Shown: one piece after another, positions 62,700 through 64,000 of the stretch
Layout of the letters: each line of letters opens with the position of its first letter
Position numbering within the stretch: position 1 is the first letter of the stretch
From: Obrimoposthia wandeli
Taxonomy: Eukaryota
Assembly: GCA_977020255.1 (NCBI GenBank)
Contig: CDROCS010000103.1
Coordinates: 620,001-684,000 of the forward strand
Length of the DNA: 64,000 bases
Reading direction: 5' to 3'
Made by a program: the position numbers and the translations under genes
Notes under the pieces: generated by a model
Databases searched by the model: none
What the model saw: only the letters and a program-made list of their open reading frames with translations
Told to the model about the DNA's origin: nothing

Positions 62700-63985
62700 C
62701 TTTACTTCTCGTACCATCTCTCGAATAAGTGACCCATTTGCTTACACGTGTAACACATTATTCTCCCTCGAATATCTATCTTATTTTGTTTTCATCTTCG
62801 AACTGTACTCGACGACTATTCTGTCTATTATCGTAGCGTCCTCTAAAAATCACATTTCTTCCGGAATTCGATTCAAAACCGCCCTCGATTATTGAATCTT
62901 CCGTCACTATTTCCTGCCATTTATTCCAAATCGAGTCACTTCGCTCTCTCTCTGTTGGCGTTATAATTCCTATCGTCTCCTCTCCAAGGTTGGCGATTTC
63001 CTGAATTATCTCTATTAAATCTATTCCTGGAATCATCTCTATTTCTATTCCACAGTCATTATTATTTCTACACTCTTGAATCATCTCGATTCCTGTTCCC
63101 AGACTCACTATTATTTCTCCTCGAATCATCTCCCGTTCCTACTTCGGGAAATTATCTCTATTTCCGTTGCACAGTTCCATCTACTTTTTCAAACTTATTT
63201 TGTCCATAATTTCGATTCTGAAAATTATCGGTTCTGTTTTATTCACGAAGACCTTTGTCTTATCGTCGTCACCTGCAGTCATTGCGTAAATTGCCAATGC
63301 TGCGTTATTTTTTGCTATTTCTCAATCTCTCTCTCTCGCCTTTCGCACGGCGTTATCAAAATCATTTGTATCCGATACTGCTAATAACACTTTAATATCC
63401 TTTTTCAATCCTCACTCTAAATATATCTAACAAGACCTCTGCCATTTCATTTTGGTTCCGGTCATTTTCCGCTGCTTGTGCTTCTGGAGCTACAGGATTA
63501 CCGTCCTGATTTCTCATTATTCTTCTTGGGTACGCTCTTGCGGCCAAGGTTCTCAAAAAACATACGCGCTATTCATTCACGCCTTCGTCATGTTTCTGTT
63601 TCCGTTCTCTCATGAGTCGCTTATTTACTTTGGCTAAATCTCCTAATACCAATTTTCAATAAAAGCATTTTTCCAACGTTGGCCAGTCTAAACGTTCTGC
63701 TTCTGTCAAATGTTTATACACTTCAAGTGCTAATCGGTTAAATATTGCCTGTACTTTGACACATTTTTCTTTATCGTTCCATCCTTGAACATCTGCACAA
63801 CTCGGAGTATTCTGCGAGGAAGTCACAAATACTTTCCTCATCTCCTTTAAACTTTGTAATCTGCAATGATCCTGAAAATTGGAGTCTCAACGTCGCATTT
63901 AAAGAAGCATTGCCAACTGCTCGGCATTCATGTCACCTACATTATTTCACTGCATTAATATCTGCTTGAGCTCTGGTTGAGCCAT
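62700..63985 (-). pseudogene. gag: Gag: capsid domain, N/R/D-rich linker, CCHC zinc knuckle; heavily frameshifted
   Basis: ITKFKGDEESICDFL, GWNDKEKC, RKQKHDEGVNE, DFDNAVRKARE; CYTCKQMGH at ~62755-62729; candidate ATG at 63985. Confidence 0.85.
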
Positions 63986-64000
63986 ATCTTCCAACTATAT

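Larger units (their letters stand above)
42790..64000 (-). mobile_element. Giant Ty3/gypsy LTR retrotransposon (>21 kb in window, 5' end outside), Burro-like, with envelope and many accessory domains
   Basis: Gag CA and CCHC knuckle, PR, RT (YIDD at 55294-55283), RNase H, integrase in gypsy order; PPT followed by TGTAGA; repeat-rich LTR-like 3' region. Left boundary approximate. Confidence 0.92.

Noticed and set aside
48249-63637. Numerous plus-strand ORFs of 60-160 aa opposite the retroelement
   Set aside because: Antisense shadows of the coding frame with no motifs of their own.

Overview
AT-rich invertebrate (eukaryotic) genomic DNA. The organism cannot be identified from sequence alone; the element content resembles planarian-type genomes. 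Four parts: (1) 1-2.9 kb: decayed Polinton/Maverick (adintovirus-like) segment with minor capsid end, small basic protein, major capsid, adenain protease and a convergent pPolB C-terminus. (2) 3-42 kb: mostly non-coding DNA with relics of Tc1/mariner, LINE, piggyBac and gypsy elements. (3) 27.9-30.6 kb: one intronless, GC-richer ORF encoding signal peptide, three PAN/apple domains, a non-catalytic PGRP domain, a TM helix and a tail. (4) ~42.8-64 kb (minus strand, continues beyond the window): a giant Ty3/gypsy LTR retrotransposon. Its frameshifted reading frame runs Gag(CA,NC), ubiquitin/SUMO-like, Bcl-2-like, chuvirus-type glycoprotein, protease 1, IAP (BIR-BIR-RING), protease 2, RT, RNase H, integrase, three beta-sandwich repeats, DUSP, pseudo-DUSP, and a chain of three signal-peptide-linked type I membrane proteins. 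After a polypurine tract, an inferred ~5 kb LTR carries three RING-H2 genes, a TATA/Inr promoter, a 35-bp satellite, 12 covarying hairpins and a ~225-bp fold-back. All domain calls come from motif recognition by eye; no searches were run. Similar giant elements (Burro, Schmidtea mediterranea) are known, so novelty of each domain must be checked against them.
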